Made by a program: the position numbers and the translations under genes
The notes under the pieces: generated by a model
Database searches by the model: none
What the model was told of the DNA's origin: nothing
The model's input: only the letters and a program-made list of their open reading frames with translations
Origin: Octopus sinensis
Taxonomy: Eukaryota
DNA length: 64,000 bases
Assembly (NCBI RefSeq): GCF_006345805.1
Contig: NC_043023.1
Location: forward strand, 1-64,000
Direction: 5' to 3'
Part shown: positions 52,091-64,000 of the stretch, piece by piece
Layout of the letters: every line of letters begins with the position of its first letter
How positions within the stretch are numbered: position 1 is the first letter of the stretch

Positions 52091-53239
52091 AGATGAGTTA
52101 GGACCTGGTAAGAATGTGCAAGTCACTGACACCTCACTCATTAGAGTGCTAGTTCAAAATAATTTTTGTGAAAAAGAAATCATAAGGGTTTGTGTAATAT
52201 AATCTGTGGAAAAGCAACCGTGGCTGTGTGGTAAGAAGCTTGCTTCCCAACCAACTGGTTCGGGGTTCAATCCAATGAGCAAGTGTCCTCTGTAAGCTTC
52301 AGGCGGACCAAAGCCTTGTGAGTGGATTTGGTAGATAGAAACTGAAAGAAGCCCGTCGTGTGTATGTATACATAAGTATATGTGTGTGTGTTTTGTGTCT
52401 GTGTTTGTTCCCTCCCCCATTGCTTGACAGCTGGTGTTGGTCCCCGTAACTTAGCACTCCGGCAATAACAGACCGATAGAATAAGTACAAGGTTTTAAAA
52501 AATTCTTCAAGGCGGTGCCCCAGCACGGCCGCAGTCTAATGACGGAAACAAGTTAAAAGATAAATATTTTTTTAAAATTCATAAACGGAGATATAATGGA
52601 AATTTTAACACCTAACATCTGCATTACCGATGACTAGCGCAGTACAGAATGAATATATTTGCTCTGTACCGTAGGAGCCACCGGTGATATGCATGCTATG
52701 AATACATGTGGCTGTTTGTATAGTGAATAAGAAGATGTTGAAATGGTTAAAAAATTAAAAACATGTAATTTATAACAAAATTAGACGGTTGGTGCGAAAG
52801 GAAATATGGCAGAAAATGGACTCGAAGGGCAAAATGTTTAGGCTTCCAAGAAATGGAGCCGATGATATGCTCCAAATATATGCAACAGAGCGAGCCTCGC
52901 TAAATGCATCCAAGGTTCAGCGGATGTTAAACTGATTGGCGGATTCGGTCTACAACCTGTGGACTTGGAGCATAAAGAGGCAGAGCAAATACTTAAAGGT
53001 ATCTTGACCTGTCCCACAACTTTTTCAACCTCAACCGCCCTGAACTGGTACCCGGAATGATAAAAGGCAAAACAGATCACAGCGGGATTGGGGTTTAGAT
53101 CGCAGAGTACCAGAAGAAATACAGCAAGGCATTGTGTGCTACGCTCTAACGATTTTTCCAATTCGTTGCTTATAAATAATAGTGATTTAAGAGGGAGAGG
53201 GAGAGAGAAAGAGAGAGAGTGAGGAAGTGATCGAAAATT

Positions 53240-55345
53240 GAAAGCAAACGATAAGGAGAAAACACAGAAATATGAAAAGTAAAACAGACGATGTTTTTAC
53301 AATAAGACGGAAATATTGAACGAAAGGCAGACGATAAGAAAAATATCAAAATCGTGAAAGACAGTCAATGAGATGAGATGAGAGGGAGAGAGAGGGGGAG
53401 AGACAGATAGACAGAGTTTGAGAGAGAGTAAACTATGGTGTGAAAGAAGGCAGACGATAAAAAGAAAATAATTTTTAAAAACTGGAAAGAAAAGAGGATG
53501 ATTCAGAATAGAGAGAAAATTTGAAAGAGTCAGACGATAAGAAGAATACTGAAAGATGGAAACAAAAGTGAGTTCAAATTGAGACAGAAACATTAAAAAG
53601 CAGCAGATAAGATGAAAATGTTGACAATTGTGAAAGACAGCTGGTGAGCTAAAAAATGAGAAAGACAGGCGGATAGAACGGTAGAAAGAAAAGCAGATCT
53701 ATACATATGTAAAAAGACAGGAAGTGTATATAAGATATAAAGTCAGTCGATGAGATTTTATTTTCATACATCATCCTGTGAGGCACTTGGACAAATCATC
53801 AGTGATGTCTCCTGGGGTCATCAGGTGTTTTGGTCTTTCAATATAAAACAGCCTCATCCAAACGATCCAAGCCCCAAGTTGTGTCCAATTAGCTCTTTCA
53901 TGGCTCACACCTCCTAATCCATAGCTACTTTGAGGATACTTCTGCTACCTCCACAGCCAACCCTTGTGATGCCAAGCATGTCGTAACCTCCGCACAATGA
54001 ACGGCCTGCAAACTCTCTCCATCACTCATCGATGGAATCACATCCTACTTGCTACCCATTGCTTTGGTATAACTCCATTAACTCTGCATATTTCCTCCTC
54101 TTAGTCCCGTTTACCTCCTCGATGCGGTTTTCCCAAGGAACGGAGTGTTCCAACGGAGAGGTGTTTGAAATAAGTGAGAAAGAAATTTTAGATATAAATG
54201 AAGAAAATGATTGAAAGATAGATTGGTAAACGGGCAGGATATACAATAAAAATATAATGAAGATTTACAAAAATCTGACAATAAAATGAAAGAACGATGG
54301 ATAAAAATGTAGGCGATGAGTATCAAATGAGAGAGAAAATTTGAAATAAAGGCAGGCGATTGAAAGTAAGATGCTAGAAAGTTTATGTTAAGTCCCAGAT
54401 CAGTTCTGATTGAGCAGACCTAAGAACAAAAGCTTCTCGCCATTGGCTATATATAACTACATTATTCAATGAGGTATGTATTTTTTTAAATGCGATCAGG
54501 AGTGATTTGAATGAATGGAGCTGTTATTTCTCGCAGGTGGAGTGGCTTCATCTGGCCTACCTCATTGGTTCGAAAGCAGAAAGAATGGCAGACGATACTT
54601 AAAGAAATATATATAATAAACATGGAAAATTTTAAAGATAGATTGGCGATAAAAGGAAAATGATTGAAGGATAAAAAGAAGAGTAAAAGATGAAATGTAG
54701 AGCGAAAAATCTGAGAGAGGCAGACGATAAATAAATAAAAACATATATAGACCTAAAGAAAGGCAAATGGTCAGTTTAAAATGAAAGAGAAACACTGGAC
54801 AAAAAATACACGATAAGAAGAGGTAGAAAAGTGCAGGAGAGTCGGTAAGAGAGAGAGAGGGGGAGAGAACGGGAGGGAGAGGGAGAAAGGGAGAGAGAGA
54901 GAAAGGGAGAGAAAGAGAGGGAGAAAGAGATTAGTAAAACAGGCAGATGTCAGAACAAAAAAAGATACAATGATGGAGAGAAAAATAGACTGTATGAAGT
55001 AAAAGGACAGAAAGGCCGACGATGAGAAGAAAATTATTGAAAGATGAAAAGAGCAGACGATGTGAGAAAAGTAGACAATTTGTTAGAAGCAGACGATAAG
55101 AAGGAAAAGGTGAAAAGAATAAAAGAGCCGATGTGCAGACAGGAATATGAACCTGGCCAAACAATGAAGAGAAAAGCAGAGAAAATAAAATAAAATAACT
55201 GAAATGCAGACGATGAGTTTAAGAAGAGGGTAGGGCGAGAAATTTTGGAAGAATAGCAGATGATATAGAGAAAATTATTGTTGAAAGATAGAAAGAAGGA
55301 AAGATGAGGGAAATTTTGAAAGAGAAACAGACGATAACAAGAAGA
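53240..55345 (+). repeat. Cryptic purine-rich ~36-40-bp minisatellite with core GCAGACGAT(A/G)AG
   Basis: About 25 degenerate cores, e.g. 53327, 53450, 53531, 54588, 54720, 55053, 55089, 55207, 55328. Confidence 0.7.
53762..54165 (-). mobile_element. 3' end of a HERO-like (R2-group RLE) LINE
   Basis: LEHSVPWENRIEEVNGTKRRKYAEL...FAGRSLC...LGIT...AEVSSK*LWIRR resembles the 'ELTVPWE...K..KY..L...RGF.G.S...WLW.KR' signature; short 3' UTR. Confidence 0.7.
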
Positions 55346-55677
55346 AAAAAAGGAATGATGGGAAGAAAGATGGCTAAATAGATTTTGTAATGTACAGGAC
55401 AGCGATTTCTCTTTCACTATTGTACACGTTTCCGTCACTGAACTGTGGCCATGCTGAGGCAAAGGAGTTTGGTCGGTCTATTCAACCCCAGTATATATTT
55501 TTGATGTGTGAGGCCGATTCTATCAGAACCGCGGATGAGCAAGGGCGTAAAGAAAGCGACACCGATTGTCAAGTTGTGAGAGAGTAAATCAGAAACCCCC
55601 CCCGCCCATATATACACATGCATGAACATATACTTATATATAGTATGTATATATACGCATGCATACGAACAGACACA

Positions 55678-55742
<65 letters not shown>

Positions 55743-55792
55743 GTCTGTCTGTCTGTCTGTCAATCTATCTATCTATCTATCTGTCTGTCTGT

Positions 55793-55829
<37 letters not shown>

Positions 55830-55854
55830 GTCTGTCTATCTATCTGTCCGTCCG

Positions 55855-55948
<94 letters not shown>

Positions 55949-55985
55949 GTCTGTCTGTCTGTCTGTCAATCTATCTATCTATCTA

Positions 55986-56032
<47 letters not shown>

Positions 56033-56057
56033 GTCTGTCTATCTATCTGTCCGTCCG

Positions 56058-56136
<79 letters not shown>

Positions 56137-56140
56137 GTCC

Positions 56141-56207
<67 letters not shown>
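55678..56207. repeat. (TCTA)n/(TCTG)n tetranucleotide array
   Basis: Direct inspection. Confidence 0.95.
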
Positions 56208-56527
56208 GATTGACGTGTTGTCACATCGGCTCCGAAGGTAATCGTTTATTTTGACTATTTATAGCCCTCATTTTCTGTACATTTTTGTAAATAAGGTGTG
56301 TAAAGCACCCAACTTTCGTTTGAGGGTTTTTCCAAGGGAGGAATTCGCCCCTAGGGGAAGTTTCAACCCTAATTAATTTGTATATTTTTCTTCTCGACAT
56401 TTTTTAATGTCGAGAAATTTTATTGTCGAACGCTGGTCAAATTCCTTCATGGACCAGCATTTCCCTAGCCTTGAAACGCTAGGAGAGAAAAAGAACTCCT
56501 GCACGCACACACATTCTAATAGAAGAC

Positions 56528-58048
56528 ATGACCAGCAAGACATCAAAGACAAACCTGAGTGACGTGGAAGTGAACGCTGCAACCACTTTCGTTAACAGTC
56601 CTGTCACCACCACCACCACCACCACCAACAACAACAACGATATCGTCGTTTTGTCGTCTACGATAACGGCCAACAACAACACCACTACTACAAGTGACAC
56701 CTCTGCCACCAACACTACCACCAAACCCAATTTTGCACAAGCATCAAAACAAAAAAAGACAATATTACACTTCACAACAGAACAAATAAAACACACAAAA
56801 GTCCTGTTAACTGAAGATGGTTCACATCTACGCTTACATATACCACAAAACATCATAGACAACACACAAAAGAAAACAATAATATACAAAGTCTTAAACG
56901 CAAAAACACGCAGACCAGAACAAGCACAACCAGAACTGATCGAAAAATGTTTACGGCCAATATGGGCCTATAAAAATTATTTAAATTGGGGAAACAAATA
57001 TGCCACGATACAGGTTCGCTTCGACAGCGAAGAAAGAGCGAAAGAACTTTCGACGCTCACCTTACAGTCGGAAAAACTCATTTTAATTCTGACCTACCTT
57101 GGTCAACGCGTGACCAAAATTTCGATTAAAAATGTCCCTCCAGAAATAGAATCACAATGGCTGTTGTCAGCCGTTTGCTACAAAATAGAGGAGAATATAA
57201 ATATTCTTGAATTTGCCACCTTAGAGGAAAAGAAATGGTCGGGGAAAATGGTTCAGTTATTGATGCAAATTGATCAAAACTAAATCAATAATATCCCCCA
57301 CCAAATTGAGCTGCCAGACGGCAATTTCCTTTACGTGGTGGTAGAGTGTAGGAGGCCTCGCTGTTACTTGTGTGGCAGCGAGGAACACCTAAAAAATGAT
57401 TGCCCAACAGCAAAAAAACAACAACAAAAAACAGAACAAGAACAACAACCACAACAAGGAAAAAGTCAAAAGAAAAAAGAACCACTACTACCCACACCAC
57501 CATCAGCACAGAGGCCAAGCAAAGGGAGTACGAAACCAAACTCGCCAACACTAACAAATGAACATACAACAACATCTGAAAAAACACCAACAACAGCAAG
57601 AACAAAAGAAAGAGTAAAACCAAAAGACAATACAAAAACTGATTCCTTTTTCCCCACATCACACACACCACACACAAGCAGTCAACAACCAACATCAACG
57701 AAAACAACAACACAACTAATTACACAAATACACATTGAAGCCTACATCATGCCCCTACCCGTTTCCGATTCCTCGGAAATTTCGTCGGAAGACGAAAGCA
57801 CTGAGGAATGGCAAATAGCCAGAAAAGGAAGGAGGAAAAGGAGCAAAAAAAAAAAGAACCAAATCCAATACAAACGCAAACAAAGCAGAAAGATATACAT
57901 CTCCCAAAGACATCTCAAACCCTACCACAAACAATATCAACGCCACAAAAATATATACAAAGAATATTCTCACAGCCATAGACACCAAAAACACAGAGTT
58001 GATGAAATACATCAACACAAACACAAACATTACAGAAAACGACATTAA
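56528..58048 (+). pseudogene. Tx1/L1-type ORF1 (gag-like, CCHC zinc knuckle) with one in-frame stop at 57281-83
   Basis: ORFs 56528-57283 and 57335-58048 share a frame; VTKISIKNVPPEI (RRM-like); CRRPRCYLCGSEEHLKNDCP; low-complexity tail with EWQIARKGRRKR. Confidence 0.8.
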
Positions 58049-58127
58049 AACGAACAACCACCCACACACAACACCACCAGAACACATAAAAATTTATCAC
58101 ATATCACCAACATTGCACCACACACTA

Positions 58128-58789
58128 AAATCCTTCTATCCCAAATGCGTTATCCCGACCCCACCGTCACTAAACTAGAGCGCATCCGCTTCCGCTTCTT
58201 GTGGAAAGGAAACGTTCCGATGGTCAGGCGATCCGTTTGCTGTCAACACCCGCTGAAAGGAGGGCTGGACATGCCGTAGTTGATGATGCGCAGACGCGCT
58301 GAGACTGCGATTTCTCCGGCTCTACGTAGACGACGGTGAGCAGGTGTGGTCGCCGTTTGTGCGGCGTGCTTTCCCGCAACTCGTGTCCATGACCAAGCTG
58401 CAAACGTGGATCAAAAAGAGGCCGAGGAAGGGCGAATGGCACCGCGAGTGTCGCGTTGCTCTTCAGCAACTCTGCCGTCCTGGGTCGAATTTAAGCGACT
58501 GCATCACTACGAAAGCGTTTTATAGGGGATTAGTGGAGGGAGGTATGGCGACAATCTCGGGACGAACCTGGGCGTCGACGAGGAATACCTGACCCGCCTA
58601 TTCAAGACGACTTTCGGGCCGGGACCTATGGACAATTTCCAGAGATCCCTGGCCTGGCAGTACTATCGAGAAGCGCTACCTGTTCGGGATAAGCTCTATA
58701 GACATGGTTCGATAAACACGGGGCCGACCTACCCGAGATGCGGTCAGAGCGACGAAACCGTTCTGACGCACTCGTGCAGTGTCCAACCA

Positions 58790-58790
<1 letters not shown>
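58128..58790 (+). mobile_element. C-terminal part of Tx1/L1 ORF2 (thumb and zf-RVT), frameshifted
   Basis: FRFLWKG...VRRSVCCQHPLKGGLDMP; TTKAFYRGL; LAWQYYREALPVRDKL...PRCGQSDETVLTH. Confidence 0.85.
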
Positions 58791-58838
<48 letters not shown>

Positions 58839-59438
58839 ATGTAATGGAATAAGGATTTTTAATCCAAGCAGGTACCTTACAAGTACTCTAGTATTGTTCA
58901 GGTTTTGGTTGAAATCTTATTTATGTGTGTATGTGTGTAGATGTGTGTATGTGTGTAGATGTGTGTATGTGTGTAGATGTGTGTGTGTGTGTGTTCGTGC
59001 GCACACACATACACAAAGTTATGAGAAGATAATTGCTGCGTTGCCTTAAAAATAATACAGGATACACACAAACACACACACACACACACACTGTATCATG
59101 TATCAACCAGACTATGTTCTACAGTACTGATCACAGTGCACTTCCACGCCTTGTAGATCTTGAATTATGCCACCCCGCTGGCAGCTGACTAGACAGGCAG
59201 CTCAACACTCCTCTCGAACAGAGTGCTAGTCCGTCGCAGGCTTACCCATTTATAGCTGAGAGGACTGGAGTAACGTGAAATGAAGTATTTTGCTCAAGAA
59301 CACACGCACTGCTTGGTTCAGAAATCAAAACCACAATCTTGCGATCGCGAGTCCAACACCCTAACCACTAGGCCACGCGTCATCACATACACACACGCAC
59401 ACATGCACGCACGCACACATACGTATATGTATATATTC

Positions 59439-59469
<31 letters not shown>

Positions 59470-59890
59470 TTACTCTCTTTTACTTGTTTCAGTCATTTGA
59501 CTGCGGCCATGCTGGAGCAACACCTTTAGTCTAGCGAATCGACCCCGGGACTTATTCTTTGTAAGCCCAGTACTTATTCTATCGGTCTCTTTTGCCGAAC
59601 CGCTAAGTGGCGTGGACGTAAACACACCAGCATCAGTTGTCAAGCAATGCTAGGGGGAAAAACACAGACACACACACACACATATATACATATACATATA
59701 TATACACATATACGACAGGTTTCTTTCAGTTTCCGTCTACCAAATCCACTCAGAAGGCATTGGTCGGCCCGGGGCTATAGCAGAAGACACTTGCCCAAGA
59801 TGCCACGCAGTGGGACTGAACCCGGAACCATATGGTTGGTAAGCAAGCTACTTACCACACAGCCACTCCTGCGCCTATATCTATATGTAT

Positions 59891-60042
59891 TTATTAAAAA
59901 GGAGCAAAAATATCACAAAAACTGTTACTCAGAGTTTCACGTCGGACAGTTTTGTTTAGAATTCTAAACAAAACTGTCCGACGAACGGAAACGTGAAACT
60001 CTGAGCAACAGCTTTTGTGATTGTTTTGCTGCTTTTTAATAA
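59891..60042. repeat. ~150-bp imperfect palindrome centred on gaattc (59959-59964); each arm carries a hammerhead-like motif
   Basis: Right arm ctgt CCGACGA acggaaacgt GAAA ctctgag CA acag; left arm (minus) has TA at the cleavage site but lacks stem II. Confidence 0.85.
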
Positions 60043-60166
60043 AGCATATTACTCTACCTCTAGTATTCGAGTACTATATTTTCCACCTTGTTTCGCATTT
60101 ATGTGCTTACTCTGCCATATCTATATGTGTGCTTTTATTTCTTATACATATCTATCTATCTATCTG

Positions 60167-60231
<65 letters not shown>

Positions 60232-60629
60232 CTATCTGTATGTATGTGTGTGTGTGTGTGTGTGTGTTGTGTGTGTGTGTGTGTGTGTGTGGAGGCGCAA
60301 TGGCCTAGTGGTTAGGGCAGCGGACTCGCGGTCGCAGGATCGCGGTTTCGATTCCCAGACCGGGCGTTGTGTGTGTTTCTTGAGCGAAAACACCTAAAAG
60401 CTCCACGAGGCTCCGGCAGGGGTGGTGATTCCTGCTGTACTCTTTCGCCACTCTTTCTCCCACTCTTTCTTCTGTTGGCCTGCTCGCTTAGCCAGCGGGG
60501 TGGCGTCATTTGAAGGCTAAAACATTGTGACCAGCGATGTGTAACAACATCTGATGGTCTGGTCGGTCACGTGATCACATACATACATACATACATATAT
60601 GCATGCATATATATACATACATACACAAA

Positions 60630-61640
60630 TTGAGGGAATGAAGCAGGTAAAATCCAGGCTACATATGTTTCCCATTTTGCAGAACCTCGGAAATAATAAC
60701 TCAACAAGGAGTACTCGCTAGCTACTCATAATCTCCGGGGCTAATTCCATAATATTTCTGGTAGTCTGTATAGAGACGACGTCCTGTTTGCGATCCAGAA
60801 CTTTAGTAACCGCGAAATAGAACATCTTAGGAAAAGAATCGGTATTTAAAAAAAAACAAAAAAACGTTGGCCTTAGCATCTCTTTCAGTTACAGTATTAA
60901 AACAGTTAATTTTCTAGATGTCACTCTAGATTTACAAAACAACGCATTCTACCCTTACCATAAACCCGGTGAGAAACTTTACTATGTTAACTTTTCCTCC
61001 AATCACCCTCCGCCATCTGTCCTAAATTCCATCGTGGACAGCGTATCTTATTGGACCTCATCCCTATCCGCCAGTAAAGAAATGCTTGAATATTATAATT
61101 CTGCCCCACAACGCGCCGGATATAAAAATTCGATTGAATACATCCTTATTTGGAACGATCCTTCCTGCACTAAACCTGGCACCACAGATATATCTCCCAT
61201 ATTCCACCTTTCCTCATCTCCCTAAATTTTACCGTAGGAGCAAACCTAAGAGGAACTCCACCCACCCTGTGATCCTGAATCCCAAATCCATCACTGCCCA
61301 TCGAAATCCACACCAGTGTGCACTTCAATACCCCCAGCTACACTCGGGTAACCCTCTAAACCGGAATAAACTGGCCAGGACACGTGACGTTATCTGGTTC
61401 CATCTTCACTTTGCCCTTAATGTTCAGACCAGATCACCCAAACTCTTCTTTGCTCTACATGACAAACATTTCCCTAAGTCTAGTCCTCTTAGAAAAACCT
61501 CCAACACCCAATCGATTAAATTTTCCTACTCCAGCACAAGTAACATTAGTGCTATAATCCGACGTCTGAACAATAAGAAACTTGGGAATCAGCAATTAGT
61601 TAACTTTAACCACAGTAATACAACTCACCCTAACCTTCGC
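60630..61640 (+). mobile_element. Penelope-like element RT remnant (YRDD type)
   Basis: LYRDDVL; VNFLDVTLDL..FYPYHKP..YVNFSSNHPP; RDVIWFH...DKHFPKSSPLRK..NTQSIKFSYSSTSNISAII. Confidence 0.85.
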
Positions 61641-61644
61641 ACGG

Positions 61645-61955
61645 GTGAGGGCGCGTGGCTTAGTGGTTAGGGCATTCGGCTCATGATCGTAGGTTGTGAG
61701 TTCGATTCCCGGCGACGCGTTGTGTCCTTGAGCAAGACACTTTTATTTCACGTTGCTCCTCCACTCGCTGGCAAAAATGAGTTGTACTTGTACTTCAAAG
61801 GTCAGCCTTGTCACTCTCTGTGTCACGCTGATTATCCCCGAAACTACGTTAAGGGTACACGTGCCTGTGGAATGCTCAGCCATTTGCGCGTTAATTTCAC
61901 GACAGCTGTTCCGTTGATCGTATCAGCTGGGACCCTCGTCGTCGTACCGCGGAGT
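61645..61955 (+). mobile_element. tRNA-headed SINE, family C (other pieces 43590-43800 and 36060-36230 minus)
   Basis: ggcgcgtggcttagtggttaggg...gagttcgattccc...ccttgagcaagacac. Confidence 0.8.
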
Positions 61956-62108
61956 CTTTTTGAACCTTCGCACACACGCACATAAAGACGCGCACGCACG
62001 CACACATACGACTACACACGAACACAAGTTTATGTATAAATACCGAGTGATAACGCCACTGTCCAACCAGGCAGCTACAGAGATCATTTTCAAATTGACC
62101 CTTCAGAT

Positions 62109-62448
62109 CAGGGGTTCTCAACGATTTTTTTTATCTATGGACCCCTTTGATTACTATTCTTTTCCGGTGGACCCCCAGAGTCATTCAATGTTTAAAAACT
62201 AGTTTTATAGACACTTCTTTCAAAATTCCTATTTTGTTTTTCACACATTAACTTGCGCTTGTTGAACCATGTGATACGTTTGAGAAAGAAACCTTGCTGT
62301 TTCTTGCAATACAAACATCTGAAGCTAAACATTTTCAGAGACACATAAAATACTATTGTGGATCCCCAATTTACTATTTTGTTTCATAGACCCCCCAAAA
62401 TTTTATATGGACCCTCGAAAGCCATTTGACCCCGGTTGAGAACCAGTG
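62109..62448 (+). mobile_element. hAT (Charlie-like) MITE, same family as 42373-42722
   Basis: TIRs caggggttctcaac / gttgagaaccagtg; flank ctctagac. Confidence 0.85.
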
Positions 62449-62713
62449 CTCTAGACTATCTACTTCCCATATTTGACACAAACTCAAGTCCCGAAATGTT
62501 CCCTATGCCTTACCTTAGTACACAGTTTGCGAGGTTTCCCGTACTAACAGGCTGGTTTGTAAATTGTGTTCAGAGAATTCGCTCGCTATCTTTTGTCACC
62601 ATAACTTCTCATTGCTCAATAGGTTCTCTGGTGCCCATTACGCAAAGTCTCTATAATTCCTCCTTATTACGATTAAACCCCGACTTACCACTTAGCTTTG
62701 CTAGCTGCATACT

Positions 62714-62910
62714 CCTTCTCTCTTTCTCTCTCTCTCTTTGTCTCTCTCTCTCTCTCACTCTCTCTCTCTCTCTTTGTCTCTCTCTCTCTCACTCTCTCTC
62801 TCTTTGTCTCTCTCTCTCTCTCACTCTCTCTCTCTTTGTCTCTCACTCTCTCTCTCTCTGTCTCTCTCTCTCTATCTCTTCGGCTCTCTCTCTCTTCTCT
62901 TCTCTCTTTG

Positions 62911-62942
<32 letters not shown>

Positions 62943-63139
62943 TCGTCTCTCTCTTCTTTCTCTCTCTCTCTCTCTCTCTCTTGTCTCTCTCTCTCTCTCC
63001 ACTCTCTCTCCTCTCTCTCTCTCTCTCACTCTCTCTCTGTTTCTCTCTGTCTCTCTCTCACTCTCTCTCTCTTTGTCTCTCTCTCTATCTCTCTCACTCT
63101 CTCTCTTTGTCTCTCTCTCTCTCTTTCTCTCACTTTCTT

Positions 63140-63170
<31 letters not shown>

Positions 63171-63185
63171 CTCTCTCTCTCTTCT
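62714..63185. repeat. (CT)n microsatellite
   Basis: Direct inspection. Confidence 0.95.
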
Positions 63186-64000
63186 CCTTGTACCTTTCTC
63201 CATATCTCAGCGTTTCTTCCTCCTCCGTTGTCCCACCCTCATTCTTCGAACTCTTTCCTTGCCTCTTCCTGTTTTTATCTAAAACCAATCCTCATCCTTA
63301 GTTGTTTCGAAGTCTTTTCCTCTCTTTCACTCCGCGTATCTCACCAATCCCCTCCTCCACTATCCCACTTCTATTTCTTTATGCCATTCCTTGCCCCTGC
63401 CTGTCATTATCTAGAGTCAGCAACCTCCTTCATTGATTTAACGTCTGCTTCATGTCTGTGAAGGGAGGTACCACCGGTGTCTCCCTTCACCATACTCACT
63501 TATTTTGCCCCTCTTCTCCTCCTCCTCCTGGATCACCTCTTCTACTTCCCTGTACTCCTCCGATTACTGGCTTCTTCCTTTCCCCACCTTGTATTTCTTT
63601 TTGTTCTACTGCTACTTTTCTAGTATCCTCCTTTAAGCCGCCTACATCCGTCCTCTCTCTGCTCTTCACCCCTTTCTTCTTCTTCGACCCTTCGACCTTT
63701 AAATCTCTGGCACTACGATGTAAACCGCTGTTTGCCAATTTTTTTCTCACGATGAAGGAAGCCGGTCTTACGGTAATGTCTCTACGCGACTATTTACTGG
63801 TTACATGTCATTGACCTTTTGCAATTCCATCTGTTAATTATAAATATTACGGTTATTACGCAAATTCTGAACTCCCAGAAACAGCTGTCGAGTTAAAAAT
63901 CCCTTAGTAGTCTGTATTTTTATGCTCCATGTCAATGTAAATTTATATGTCTCTATATAAAAATATTTATATGCGTGTACATATGTGTTTATCTCCTGAA

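Noticed and set aside
53240-55345. CRISPR-like repeat-spacer appearance
   Set aside because: Core only ~9 bp, spacers mutually similar and purine-rich, eukaryotic context
62436-63461. Longest ORF in the track (341 aa), also 55618-56254
   Set aside because: Open only because (CT)n and (TCTA)n lack stops in these frames
63825-63896. GAAA-cagctg-TC, resembling the 3' half of a hammerhead
   Set aside because: No CUGANGA in a suitable upstream position

Overview
Repeat-saturated, AT-rich animal DNA. The SINE families look like those I recall from Octopus genomes, but this is inference and not verified. I find no host gene, and almost all ORFs in the track are microsatellite translations. The window holds many tRNA-headed SINEs; decayed LINE pieces (Tx1/L1, RTE, R4/Dong, CRE, HERO-like); two Penelope-like element (PLE) remnants; a decayed mariner; hAT MITEs; a Helentron/DINE-like element; long microsatellites; and a 100-N gap. 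The main hidden signal is a system of type I hammerhead ribozymes (HHRs). (i) A ~505-bp tandem array (13110-21666; 16 direct copies plus 1 inverted, running into the gap) carries one HHR per unit, with a long G-U-rich stem II. (ii) An unrelated ~480-bp array (5149-7072) carries one minimal HHR per unit. (iii) A tRNA-headed SINE carries an HHR in its body. (iv) A PLE 3' end has its own HHR, and about eight further degenerate HHR cassettes are scattered through the window. Both arrays are non-coding, start in (TA)n and show a divergent inverted junction. This fits PLE-mobilised, retrozyme-like self-cleaving RNA repeats. Cleavage, expression and novelty are untested.
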